A stretch of 63,799 nucleotides of DNA, filler included, from 11 parts of 11 records of this genome joined end to end with filler, not necessarily neighbours in it; one strand, 5' to 3'. Positions 34,090-47,844 are shown, numbered from the whole stretch's first letter. Numbers and translations: made by a program. The notes: generated from the letters alone by a model not told the origin.

Positions 34090-36344
34090 TTATTTGCCCA
34101 GCAGTGGCCGCTCAGGTAGATGGCTCGCTGGTACTCGCTTAGTAGCATAAGGCACATTGCTCCGTTCTGCCATCGCCCGCCAATCCCCGCTTGCCCGCTT
34201 TTTGTAAAATTTTCCTGACCTGAGTTCTGAGTAGGCTTGACTGATCTCTGCTTGGGTGCTCATCACTATAGGTCCTCTCCAACTGATGGGCTCTTCGATG
34301 GGCATCCCAGCAAAAATCAAGACGCCGAATCCCTCGGTGGAAGTCGAAACCATCTCAAGTGCTGCTCCTACTACCACAGCCTCTCTGTCCACGATATTTG
34401 CAGCCGTGGACTTGTCGTGCGTTGGTTCTAGTGAGCCGCTGGCTACGGCGGGCACAACATCCATGTGCGCCGTTTGCTTAGGCTTCATCGCCGTGCCCCC
34501 CACTGTCCCAGTTCCTTGATAACAGTAGACAAGAACCCTCTGGGTCGCAACTGCCGGTACTTCGTAGCGGTGCGTCGAGTTCGCTCCCGGGAGCTCGCAG
34601 TCCACGATGACAAAGTCATTCCTGTTCGCACAGCAAAGGACAGCCATTTTTGTTCAAACGTCCAGACCAGGCACGTTCCTAATGCACGGAAGGAGGAGTG
34701 GTTTTGGGTTTAGGGTTTAGGTTTACCGTGGTTCAGGCTCGAACGCTCCACTGCCAATTCCCCCTACGATCCGGCTAATGCCACCACCGCTGCCAAGTTT
34801 CTCGACAATATCCTCCGGCTGGATGGTGCCGTAGGAAGGCTCCGCCATCTTCATCCCGCGCTCGAGGTTGATCCAGATCTGAAATCCCTGCGGTCGCCGA
34901 ATGGTGCGCCGAATTATGAGCCATACGAGCGTGCAGCGCAACTGCGTTGAGACGCTTTACTATATCTGGCGCGATGATCAATGACAGTTTTGGATCAAGT
35001 GGATCGTGGCCTCTGGGTGAAAGAGTGATCAGAATGATGGTGGGTGGATGTTCACACATGAGTGTTCGCATGTTCTGGGTTGCCGCCGCCCTCCGCATGC
35101 TCAATGCCACTGCCGCAACGCAACCACTGAATGCCACCGGGGCGAACAACCGCTTGATTTCCCAGGCTATCTGCGTGAGATCCACGTCCCTCTTTCATGT
35201 AAGTGATGATATCAAATCCACGATGCGGGTGCCACCCGACGATCTTCTCCGCGCGCTCTTGTGGTGGGCCTGGGTCATCCGCAACGAGCGTGTCCAGAAG
35301 CTTGCTCGGCTCACCAAAGTCGTGCATCAACAGAAATGGACTGACGTCGCGCCCATTGGGTGAGTGGTGCCCAGTAAAGGCCTCCATGACCGTGAAATCA
35401 TCGCAATTGCCAGTCGGGCAAGAAGGCTCCGCGTTGGTAAGCTTGGCGACGCGCATGATGGGAACAGCAGATGCAGTGCATAACGTCGCCGCACTGCTGT
35501 CATCTTGGGCTGGGGTCGCAGTACCGGCGATCTCGTCATCAGTCTTCACATTGCTACGTTCACGACTCGCAGAATCGCACTGCTCCTCTCCACTGGTTTG
35601 TGCCTCGCGTTTGTGTCTGATCTCGCGCTGCTGCTCTACCGTCAAGCACGTCCCAAAAAGTCTCTCGAAATACCGGGGGCTGGTGGCACTGCCGCCGCTA
35701 CCCGCTACTCCACGCTGGTCGTCACCACATCGCACACTGAACCAAGGAACACTTCCGCCACCGAGATTGCGACCGCGGAGCGTAAGGGCCACGTTTGCGG
35801 CCGCGCGTTCCTGCGACGCCGTCATCAGCGGCTTCCCACTCCCTTCGACTACCCACGATGGTCGTGGCACTCCGAGGCGCGTCAACGTAGCCGCGATCAA
35901 GACCGAATCGTTCGGATCACGCAGGTGCTCGAAATGTTCTGACAGCATCGTGAGTGCGAATTGCATGGCAGCGTCCTGATCGTGCCGCTGGGCCGTCATC
36001 AGCGCTAAATTGACGCTTTCTGTCTCGACAATCCTGCGCTTCATGCTGAATTCGATTCCCAGTTCCTTGCCCAGCTGGAATGCACGCGGCAGCTTCTCCT
36101 CAAGCAGGTATTTTGCTGTGGCTGGTTCGTACGAGTTGCAGTACTCGGTCCAGTCCATCCCCAACGTGTCGTATGTCCCGGGTGGGTCGAACTCGAAGGG
36201 CACGATCGTAACATTGAACTGCATGTATTCACGATGAGCCTTCATGGCCAGCGACAGAGATTTCATGCCGATGAACGACCACGGGCACATGAAATCGAGG
36301 ACCACGGTGACGTGCACCATACCCAGCATAGCCGCCAACCCCAT
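34090..36344 (-). CDS. DSBA/FrnE-like thioredoxin-fold domain fused to pirin
   Basis: N-terminal DFMCPWSFIG...VPFEFDP...VPWF. Pirin motifs SPFLLMHDF, HPHRGFDIITY, HADSLG, GGIQWLRCGSGIEHAE, GFQIWINL and PIEEPISWRGPIVMS. Introns 34888-35057 and 34622-34726. Confidence 0.88.
34701..34726. repeat. Degenerate TTTAGGG telomere-like repeat at an intron 5' splice site
   Basis: gttttggg tttaggg tttagg tttac, which on the minus strand reads GTAAACCTAAACCCTAAACCCAAAAC. Confidence 0.55.
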
Positions 36345-36520
36345 TGCCCGGGAGTTCGAACTGATACACTAGTAGTGACGCAGCCCCTCGCTGCGTGCAG
36401 TGGCTACAGTATCTCCTGCGGCGGCGCTCGCGTGGCCAGCTACGCTGGGGCGCGCCGCCGGCGCCAGCACCCGCAGCGCTTGTACCGCGCCCATTCATAT
36501 TTGATTTCTCCCGCCGGCGT

Positions 36521-36536
36521 AACAACCTGGGCACTG
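36521..36536 (+). promoter_or_regulatory. Conserved promoter-region motif copy (AACAACCTGGGCACTG)
   Basis: Exact core, between the divergent DsbA-pirin and PH genes. Confidence 0.65.
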
Positions 36537-37028
36537 CACCTTCTGATCGATGCCTTCGAAGTACACTATTGAATAGTAAGTAGTATATTCAGGATCCTCA
36601 TACAAGTCTAACTTACGCGAGTTGGCGGCGCGTGGCGAATTTTGCACGCCGATGCACAAGTAAGTGTGCGTGGTCGACTTCGGACTTGCAGCTAGATACG
36701 CAGAACGCTCTTGCGCGTGAGATACAGATCGATCTAGCAGAGGGCGGCCCCCGCGGACGCGACGAGGGGGGAAGTCTCAGCCGATCGCAGGGGCGCCATG
36801 CTGGGTCGCGGAGCCGGCTCCGCTAGTCGCGGGCGCTGGCTGGATGCAATCCACTCGCGCGGTCGGCCCTGCTACGTACTGTAGGTGTAGCGAGCACTCC
36901 AGTGCAGTCGCCACCAGTGCTCGGTTTGGACCCAATCTTGACTGGCCGGCCCCCTTGCGCCAGCACAGGGCCCGGCCCCTGAGCGCTGGGGGCGGCACGC
37001 GCTGCAGGCGGCAAAGCTCTCTGTTGGG

Positions 37029-38258
<1,230 letters not shown>

Positions 38259-38958
38259 AGCTGAGCCCGATTTGGGATACATTCATTCCTCTTTAAAATG
38301 TGCGACAGAGCATGGCAAACAACAGTGCAACACTATGAAAAACAAGAGTTTCTGCGGTGGAAGCCTGGTGGGCAGTGAAAAAGTTGTCTCACTTTTCGTG
38401 AAACGAGGGCCGGCGTACTACATGCCGGGTGGCTCCACCCGTGTTCCGTCGAGATCGTTTCCGTGAGCGTGCCAGCATACGAAGCCATAGCAGAACCCCG
38501 TCTCGATCGAGTTGCATGGGCCCGTGTCATCAGTAGGTTGGGATCGTTCACCCCAAAAACATGGGTCTGGTTGCCCGAGCACGGCATTTCCAACACTGGC
38601 AATGAGACAGTGGAGATCCTTGTCAGGACAGGACCTCCTAATCCATGGCGTTGTAGATGATTGTCTGGTCAACGCTAACTAAAGCAAACCAATACTATCG
38701 AGAATAGGCGAGATGGGAGCAGGCGTGCGAAAGCGAGCACCAAGTGCGAGCACGGACGCTGTCCATGGCACGACTAGGCACTGCCCAGGTGGTCTTGGCT
38801 TCCGAGTGTGCGAACGGAAAAGTGTTCTTTGCTACACACATCGTCGTGTGCAACTCACTGCATAAGCTATACCTTCATGGACACGTGTGAACTCGCATCC
38901 ACCGTGGAGGGGAAGGGGTCGACATTCGACGCGACACAAAGTACTGCGAGCGAAACAG

Positions 38959-40260
38959 TCAAGATGAGCCACCCTGCGCAATCTGCCACAGCAGCTGGTA
39001 GCGGTCAGCCGCGCCATCTACCTTCGGCCACGTCAGCGGACTGGCCGACAACAACGCGCCTGCCGTCCAGTCTATCACTCCGATTCTTGTAACTGGTGGA
39101 ATGCCTTTCAGGGCTGAGCACACACGCGTGGTTATGGTGAACCTTGTCAACGACCGCACCGACAGTCTGCCACGCACAGGAGTACACAGGGTTCCAGTGT
39201 TGCTTGATCGACACTCACGTGGGTCTAACAGCACAGCATACCAGGTACCAGTTTCCGGGTCATACGAGTGCACATCGCCTTCGTTTCCTCCAAGAACATA
39301 CCTACGACAAGGCCGAAAAGTCATGAGTATATCGAGCTCGTTTCTCAACCCGCAAACAGGTGAGGTTGCTTACTCAGGCGGAGCGTTGAGCTGCCGATTC
39401 GTCCACTTCCCCTGTCCCTTCGGATCCAGCGAGAGCAACTGTATATTGTGCCCATCCTGTATAATGCCAATCAGAGACGCTGTGTCTACGTCCCAACTCA
39501 TATCACTCATCTCATCAATGGGCGGATTTCCTTCGAGCTCCACGCGCACCATCTTCTGCTTCGCCAAATCGACAACAGCTAACGCAAACTGGCCTTTCGA
39601 TGGGACGATTGTTGTGTACAGCGTCTGCGACTCCTCATCGTAGGCAGTAGAATGCAGCATGGGTTCGTTGCCTGCCAGCGGGAACGTGCCAGCCTTCGTG
39701 AACCTTGCGCAGCTAGATGGCTTGGGTCCACCCAAACCACTGGAGTCGCCCAGATTGGCCGTGAGAATCTGATGCGCAACTCCACCGGTGCTGTTCGCGA
39801 CCAAGCCAACCAAGATGAGCCGGTCGCGCTTTTTATCATACTTCAAGCCCTGGCCGATACCCACAAAGCCAATCTCCTTCAGCGGGACGGTGCCGCTGCA
39901 CTGCACCGATCCATCCTCGAGAGACAGGCCGAGAAGCGCCGTCCCCTGGTGAGTGTCGCCCAGGAAGTAGTACAACCCCCGCTTGCTGTCAATCGCGCGG
40001 CAGTCATCGGTCCCTGAGTCAGCGGGAAGCGTCGTCCCTATCAGCGTCACGTTGCCTGTCGCTGGGTCGACCGAGCACATGGAGCCTTTCGACGGGCTGT
40101 TTGCAGTCATCGTCAGACCGAAGAGGGTTTTCCCCCCGCCGCCAGCGGGTGATGGAGGAGCTGTATTCCTAGCTACTGCCACTCCATAGGCTGTGGAAGC
40201 TCCAGCTGCAGCCAGCAGGCCGGACACTGCGAGCGACAAGGGGGCGGTCATGAATCCCAT
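38959..40260 (-). CDS. Secreted protein, probable beta-propeller
   Basis: Signal peptide and repeated beta-blade-like segments (VDPATGNV, IDSKRGLYY, YDKKRDRLI, YDEESQTLY, WDVDTASLI, YDPETGTWY). Introns 39302-39373 and 39114-39218. Confidence 0.7.
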
Positions 40261-40639
40261 CGCTATCAGCGGATGATCGGCACAGCGTCGCTCGCGGCGC
40301 TGCGGTTCGCGTTCTATCTGCCTTCTGCAGCGTACGTACCCGCGGCGCGCGATCAGTGGATCAGCGTGCCGCGCACGCGCGCGTGCCGGCGAATTCCAGT
40401 TTCCACGGCTGTTACATCAGTCTGTACGTGTATATTGATATGTCTTTATGTGACTGTATGTACCGTAGGTTTCTATGAGTTATTCTGATATTGAGTACGA
40501 GTTTATGGGTCAGAATTCAACCTCTCAGGGGGGGTGAGGTCACGAACACCTGCACGAGCGTCCCGGGAGGGTTGTACAGTTTTACGGGTAGGGTCTGAAA
40601 ACTCGAACCAATTTTAGCCAGTAGGGTGGACAATTATGT

Positions 40640-40739
40640 NNNNNNNNNNNNNNNNNNNNNNNNNNNNNNNNNNNNNNNNNNNNTTAATTAATTAANNNNN
40701 NNNNNNNNNNNNNNNNNNNNNNNNNNNNNNNNNNNNNNN
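40640..40739. other. Artificial contig linker
   Basis: N44-TTAATTAATTAA-N44. Confidence 0.98.
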
Positions 40740-41223
40740 AGATGCTTTTGCATAGATTTAGCGCTCTACAGGCGCGCATCATCGACCCAGCACAATACAC
40801 GGAGCAGCGTGCTCGCTCATGCATAACACCCTCGAAAAATTTTGCCGCTCGGCGGCACCCAGCGGCGGAGCCTACGGCCGTTCCACGGTGTTGGGATTGA
40901 CCGCGAAGTCCAAGTCACCACCTTTCGCGGCGATCAGAGGGGTGCACGGTATTGACCAGTGCGTTCTACATGCTCAACACGATTCCAACCAGGCGGTCGC
41001 TACGACAGGCATCGCCACAACAGGGACCCCTACGCTTTGCGTTCCACGTGATCACTGCCATGTGCCAGCCGCATACGGCACAATTTTAGGCCGCGTGGGA
41101 GTGGAGCAAGAAGGACGTTTTTCAAAACGTAACATACATGTATTTTATTCCCCCCCCTTTCGATTCACCATTGATAGCCAAGTTGTTTTGACTCCCAAGA
41201 AATGGAGAAGGGGCACGCGATGT

Positions 41224-44200
41224 TCAAAAACTGATCGAAATGCCGCCCCCGTACTCTTGCATCAGTGTGGACGCATTGTCGGTGTCGCCGCCCAACTGAT
41301 CGCGTATGGAATCAAGAGAGTCACCGATCCCCTGCCCCACCCCCGTGTCATCGTCCAAACTCACGCCACCCAGCTCAAACTGGGCATCCAGGGTGTCTAG
41401 GTGGTCGAAATTGACCTGGTCGAAGCGGTCCCAAGCTTCATTGCTCCTCAGATTTGTCTCCCACACCGAAGTCGCCACGTTGAGTTGGAGCAGCAGGTGG
41501 TGGCGCTTCGCTGCGTCGGCAACGGCGTCCTCCTCGGAGACATCGTCGTCACGGTGCTCGTGGTAATGGATCTCTGCGATCATGCTCAGAATGATCTCGA
41601 CCGCTGCGTTGAAACGTTCCCTCCGACGACTAGTCACCGTGGTGCGCAGCGGTAGCGGCAGTATCGCAGAATTGCCCCAGCAGCAATGGTGTTTCATTGG
41701 CTCCACGCGGCCAGCGTCGCAGTCATTCGTGAGCAGCTGGCGCGCAAATGCGTGGGCGACAATGTTGACTGTTCGGATAGTGTGATGTTGTGCATCTGTT
41801 GCAACCGTCAGCCCCAGGCGGTCGATACCCCTGAGGTTGCCAAGTTTCTGGCCCTTGCCGAAGGCATCCTCGCGCAGACGTGCGATCAGTAGGTCCTGCA
41901 CCGCCACGCTCCCGTACTCGGCCATACGAGCCATCTGGTCAAGACTAGGGTCGTCGTTCAGGCCCTGGATATCTTCAAGTAGCGAACCGTGGATTTCGTC
42001 ACCTGTCTCGGGCACTTCGACTGCTCTGCTGCCAAGCGGCGTGTCTTCGTGATCCAGTCCAGGTTTGTCCATCGCACTCTCCCTCAGACTCTCCTTTGTC
42101 TTCGCGTTGTTGGTCTTCTTCTTCTTCTTCTTGCTGCTGCTGTTGTTGTTGTTCTTCTTCTTTCCGCGAGAACCACCAATGGCGGCTGGGGTTCCGTCAT
42201 CCTCCTTACCCTCATCATCGGGGGCGGCGTTGTCGTCGCCATCGTCTTCGGTCAAATCAAACATAGGATTAACCGTAACTTCGCGCGGACTTGTTTTTCT
42301 TTTCGCCACTACATCCGCTGTTGCGGAGGGAGACTCTTCGTCGCTGTCCTCGTCTGCGAGGTGCATTGGGTTTGCAGAAAATGCACGACTTGCTTTCACT
42401 ACAGTAAAAGCACGCTTGCCTTCTTTGAATTTCGCTTCTGCTTTTGCCTTCTCAATTTCGGCTCTGATTTCTCGCTGCGACCGTGCGCCTTCTAGTTCCG
42501 TATCTTCGTCGATAAAAGTCGACGTCTTCTTTCGACACTGGCAAGTGCAGCAGCGGAAGAGTTTGTCCATTATTGTCGAACTGTAATGAAATACCATTGA
42601 CGTTTCGTCGTCCATGTCGTCCGCTTTCTCCTTCTCCTCCGAAAGCACTCGCACGATTTCAGCCAATTCGGCCGAACGGTTGAAGTGCATAGCGATGGCT
42701 ATTGCATCTTGCCGAGCCTGCACAGTGTTTTCTGTGAGCTTGGCAACGGCCGGATGAGCCATGATCTTCGCGACCAATATTCGCGTCTTGATTACATTCA
42801 GCAGGGCACCACGACACTTGTGTTCAGATTCGAATTTATACAGCATTCGTAGTTGCTGCACATTGCACTGATCAATCTGCTTATTTACGAACTCTCCTGC
42901 ATGCCCTCCTGACCAAGGGCGGTTGCCGTGCTTATTAACAGCCCGGATCCAACATCCCATACAGTCCCGAAGCACGGAATGTGTGTGCAAGGAAACCTGC
43001 GAGTCATCCATGTGATTGTGCATCATCGTGACCAGTGTGTGCAAGCCTTTGGGAATCTGCGCGCGGCACTTGAGCCGAATTCTGCCGCGCCCAAGGTTTG
43101 GGTCTATCGGTTTACCACTGTCGTCGTCCACGGGAGGTTCCAGATCGTACCACTTCGGAACGAACTTCCCCTGCGACCCGGACGATGTTGCCTGCGGGAG
43201 GCTCCCGACAAGAATTGTAACTTCCCCAATCTTTGTGTTTTTGCCCAGAAGGCTGTGGTCGTAGACAGACACTTCTAGCTCCGACTGGTTGTTGATTTCT
43301 GGGCTCCTGAAACTAAAGCTCTCGCCCTGGCCTGTCTGCGGGTCTACAAAACTAGGGTTCTTGCTGACATTCGAAGAATGGGTCTTGTAGGTTTCGTCCA
43401 AGAGCTTGACAACCACGTAAGGGTGATGTCCCTTCTTCGTATACTTGGCTGGGGTATCTTCGGCCTGCATGACCTGGACCTCCACGTTAGCCAGGCCAAC
43501 CTTCTCGATTTGACTCTGCTGCATGAAATCTTCGTGTGCTTCAAAACCTTTTCTAAGGAAGTGGCGCAGCTTCTTACACGCCTGTTTGAATGTTTCTTCA
43601 AAACCTTTAACCTGTTCAGAAGTATACAATTCTGCGTCATTGAAAATTCCATCTTCGCACATTCTGTTCACTGCGCTCCGTTTAATCCTGGCGAGCGCCA
43701 AAATTGGGAGTTTTATCTCTGAGGCTGCAAGGGGATTTTGGTCTGGTGGTGCCAAATGTGCAGCAATGCTATCCTCAAACTGATCCAGCGGGGGGTCGAG
43801 AGATCTCAGCCATTCTGCTAGTCCAAGCCGAAGTGGATTGTTTTTGTTGTTGCTCTGTTTGATACTGTCGTGAAGGAGAGTATTCAGCACATCCACCTGT
43901 TCTTTAAATGCTTCGATCTCGACGTCGCTCATATTAAGATGTTTCCACAAAGCTCGGGCTGATTTGTTGTCCAGGGATGCCATTGTTATAACATCCACGG
44001 AGTCGTGCAACTCGTGCGTGATATAGTGGACCAAGTCGTACTCCAGCCTGCCAAGGTTAATCGAATGCAACCACTCTGACAGAGAGAGTGACAACGGGTT
44101 GCTAGTTCCGAAGTCTGCAGCTAGCTTGCGATATGCAGGTTCGTCAGCTTTGTCTACTTCAAACAGCGTTTCTAGGTCGACGAATGGGTCACCATTCTCA

Positions 44201-45555
44201 TCGACCAGCTTTCTGGCATAGTCCTCAAGCCCAGCCGGCCGCGGACCACACAGAAAACATCGCGCGTTACGTAGCGGCTTGTGCAACAGACTGTCCTTCA
44301 TGAAGTTTCCAGGGTCTCCAGCCGCTCTCTTAACGGCTTCGTACTGCGCAGCCACTCCTAGCGTTGAGGTGATCAATATCAGCCACAGGGAAGCCTGCTC
44401 GAGGAACACAGTGAGAGGCGTAGATTCTGGTCTTGCTGGGTCGCTCTTCAGCATCTGTGTGAATTAGCAGAAGCAGCAAGCGTGATCAGTGATGCCACAC
44501 AATGCCAGAAATTAGTAGAGCCACAGGGGACGTAAGGACAGAGCGTACTTCTTCGTTCATGCTCCACACCATGCCGGCTTGGAATATGATTAGCGTGGAG
44601 AGCAGGCTAATCGTCTCGCACAGGTCAATCAGCTTGTCCTTGTACGGCCGTGCGAACGCCTGAAGCACCAGAGACCCAATAATGATCATACTGCCCATAT
44701 ACCACCCTCTCTCCGGGTGGCTCGTATTGAAAAGGCCGGACATCATGATCATGCCTTTGCGTGCAAGCAATATCAACTCCCACCAGTACCTGTCCAGGTT
44801 CACACGAGGCCGCAATGCACAGCGGCTTAGGAATTGTAGCAGGGACGCGGAGTGAAACTGTGAGCACGCACCAATGATCCTGCATCTTGGCAGACAAGAA
44901 CATGTACCGAAACTTCCCTTCCTCCGTAAACACAAAACCATGGACGAAGTATCCGAAGACGATAGCCCACAAGGTCAGGCCGATAATGGCGAGTCTTCGG
45001 ACGTCGACGTAGTCCGGTAGCTGTTCGATGTATTTACCTGTACCAATCGTCTGGTTGACAACATTGACATCGCACTCAATTGCCGGCTGGATGTCAAGCA
45101 TCCACTTTCCACCTGTCGCAGAGTCTGATCCAATCAAACTGCAGTCAAAACCACCGCACATGCCTTTGATGAAGCTCGGACTGGTGAACACGAAAAACCC
45201 AACAGCCTACACCCCAGCAAAAAGAAAGTACGAATAATGTTAGAATTAAGTTACCAGAATTGAGTAGGCATATCTTTTTCAAAGAAAAATGTACCATCTT
45301 TGACGCAGAGGCTTTCACCGCCGCAAATCGCCGGTCGTACAATGCGCCACTGCTTTGGGCCACCTGTTCATGGATCAAGTACTTGAACAGTCCATACATA
45401 AAAATCAGCGCCAATACAGCAAAAGGCATCAGCAAATAGGTCCACATTTTCTTCTCTGCGTCCCACGCAATGCTACAGTCTGGCCGCACAATCTCGATAT
45501 TGAAATTGATGAATGAAAAATACTTCAACAGCTCTTTGAGCTCAGGAGGCCATGC
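41224..45555 (-). CDS. Multi-pass membrane protein (TRP-like/protist 7TM-type) with cytosolic SAM-like domains and a C2 domain, 5'-truncated
   Basis: Introns 45207-45294, 44790-44871 and 44455-44548. TM-region motifs INFNIEIVRPDC, WYWWELILLARK and ARPYKDKLIDLCE. SAM-like LSEWLHSINL and LAEWLRSL. C2 motifs VEVQVMQAED..PYVVVKL..KT..NP..LEVSVYDH..IGEV..KWYDL. Confidence 0.8.
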
Positions 45556-45655
45556 NNNNNNNNNNNNNNNNNNNNNNNNNNNNNNNNNNNNNNNNNNNNT
45601 TAATTAATTAANNNNNNNNNNNNNNNNNNNNNNNNNNNNNNNNNNNNNNNNNNNN
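45556..45655. other. Artificial contig linker
   Basis: N44-TTAATTAATTAA-N44. Confidence 0.98.
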
Positions 45656-45662
45656 ACTCCCA

Positions 45663-45678
45663 CTCAACCTGGGCACTG
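45663..45678 (+). promoter_or_regulatory. Conserved promoter-region motif copy (CTCAACCTGGGCACTG)
   Basis: Full consensus, ~223 bp upstream of ATG 45901 and 7 nt from the contig start. Confidence 0.65.
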
Positions 45679-45900
45679 ATGCAGTATCATCGACCGACCG
45701 CCGGCACCATATTGACCGCGCGCGTCGTCGTCAGTCCCCAGCGCAGGCAGAGGGGAGCACGCGAGGTTCGTATTCAAGTTCGTTGTTGTACACCGGTATC
45801 GATACCGCGCCTGCGCAGGTACACACGCACGCACTAACTCGCAACTCCAGCTGTGTGTAGAAGACCGCGCGACCGATCGACACGATACAGGACCGGGGCG

Positions 45901-47742
45901 ATGCGCTGGAACAAGCTGAACCAGGAGGAGCTGGTGGCGCTGCTGCTTGGGCTGGGGCTGTCCGCGCAGGGTACGAAGAAAGAACTCGCCCGCCGACTGG
46001 CAGACCATATGCAATCTTTAGGGCCGCCGCCGCCAGAGCTACTCGCCGCAAATGCAGACAGCAACACGAGGCGCAAGGCCGCTGCTGCTGCCGCCGCCGC
46101 TGCTGCTGCCGCCGCTGCTCCTGCAGGTGCGACGGCTGCCAGCGATCAAGGCGAGGATGCTGCACCTACTAGCGACGCCGCTGTCGATGAGCTCCTAAGT
46201 GGCGAGGGAGCGGGCAGCGCTGGGCGCAGTGGTCGGTCAGGTGGGCGACGCAACCGGATCCATCCACGGAATTGGGGCTATACTACCTACCTGGATCGAG
46301 TGTTTGGGATGCGTTGCTTCAACGATTTGGTGCGGATGCGTGTGTTTCCCGACGCAAAGGACATCTCGGAGAGTTACGGCGCTCTGCAAGCCGCCGCTCG
46401 GTATGGTGGAATTTGCGATCCTACTGGCGCCGCACTGGATTCCCGTGGAGCCGAACGGTGCGCGCCCGTCTTACATAACAACCTACTAGTGGGCACCTTA
46501 CATCTCTCCGATGGCAAAACTGCACCCTCCAGCCTGCCTGCTTGCTTGCTTGCTTGCCGGCCTGCCTGCCAGCCTGCCTCCCGGTGCTCTGTGATGACCG
46601 TACATATGGCTTCGGCAGGCAGACTGGAGTTTTGTGCATCAACATCGGTGACGGTGCGACTCCTCGCACTGCTGCGCTGGCAGCATACCTCACGGCATGG
46701 ACTGCCGTTTCGGTCGATCCAGCTATGCGCCCTGAGTGGCAGGGCAAGCACCCTGGGGGAATCGGACGACTCTGGAGCTATGGGATGAAGTTCGAAGACT
46801 GGGCAGCAGATCCCAGTCTAGCAATGAGCGATGTTGGCGCAGAGTGTATCCAAACGTGTGCCATGCGGGAGTGCGGGGACAAGCAGAACGAGGTCGCCGA
46901 TCAGCATGTTGCCTCTGATGAGGCAGCAATCAAGGCAGCTGCTGCTGCTGCCGCTACGGAAGCTGCTGATGCTGAAGCGAAGGCCAGCATCGCTTACATC
47001 AAGGGTAGTCCGATGGTACGCAAGGCGTGGATATCTTGGCTGGAGGAGCAGACGCAGTCTTTGTCCGACACGGACGCCAACGCGGCGGCTGCGGCTTCAT
47101 CTGCAGGCAAAGCGCGCGGAGCAGTGGGATTGGCTGCCATCGGTTTCGATCCTGCCCTCCATTCACAAGACACTCGCGCAGCATTCTGCGCAGAGCATCA
47201 GCGGGAGCTTGCAGTCACAGCAGCTTCTGCAGCTCCCACGACCAGTTTCGATACTGAGCCGAAGCACAACCAAGCAGCAGTGGTACCGGTCGTCGCAGAA
47301 GGTATCAACCACTTGGTCTTGATCTGCGTGCACGCGCATAATCGCTTCACTGGCGTCGCGGCCATGGAACGAATTCGCGGTCACTATGGGTTTCCCCCAA
47401 CGGTATTGGTGTCGCTCCCGTGCTGTCACCAGTTTAACCCGACAAACGATCTCGGTGAGCTCACCACAGAGTCATACAAGCCTTCGAAAACTGTGCTGAC
47501 AACGTGCACTTTCACGGCGCGATCAATGTATTGCAGGGCGTCCTGCGGATGAGGACTTTGAAGACCTAGCGATATTTTCTGCCTGCCGCCGCGTGCTAGT
47601 CTGGCGATGGGCGCGTGGCCCAGTACCAGCGCAACAATTGCTGCCGGTGGACAGCAATCGAGTAGCTGCGAAGCGCGCGAAAAGGCCGCCAGCTGAGACT
47701 GGAACTGACGTAGCGTTTGAGTTTGGGCTGGTGGACGCGTGA
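45901..47742 (+). CDS. SAP-domain protein with methyltransferase-like domain
   Basis: SAP motif WNKLNQEELVALLLGLGLSAQGTKKELARRL. Also FPDAKDISES, CINIGDG.TPRTA, VSVDP, VHAH and SLPCC. Introns 46458-46618 and 47455-47536. Confidence 0.7.
46532..46579. repeat. (GCCT/GCTT)n tetranucleotide microsatellite in intron
   Basis: gcctgcctgcttgcttgcttgcttgccggcctgcctgccagcctgcct. Confidence 0.8.
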
Positions 47743-47844
47743 GAGTGAGCGACCCGGGAAGGTCAGAAATCAGTTGAAGCCATTCCAGTATATTGCGTTA
47801 CTACACCTATCCATCGTTCTCTGCAGATTGGTCACACGGCCCGC

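Noticed and set aside
36270-36300. Selenocysteine in the DsbA-like active site
   Set aside because: Codons read TGC CCG TGG TCG (CPWS), with no TGA.
38300-38950. Short ORFs between the convergent PH and beta-propeller genes, and a near-match to the promoter motif at ~38781-38792
   Set aside because: No protein motifs. The motif match has mismatches at conserved positions and lies in a convergent region.
40740-41220. ORF 40819-41400 on plus
   Set aside because: Overlaps the 3' end of the minus-strand membrane protein gene and has no recognisable features.
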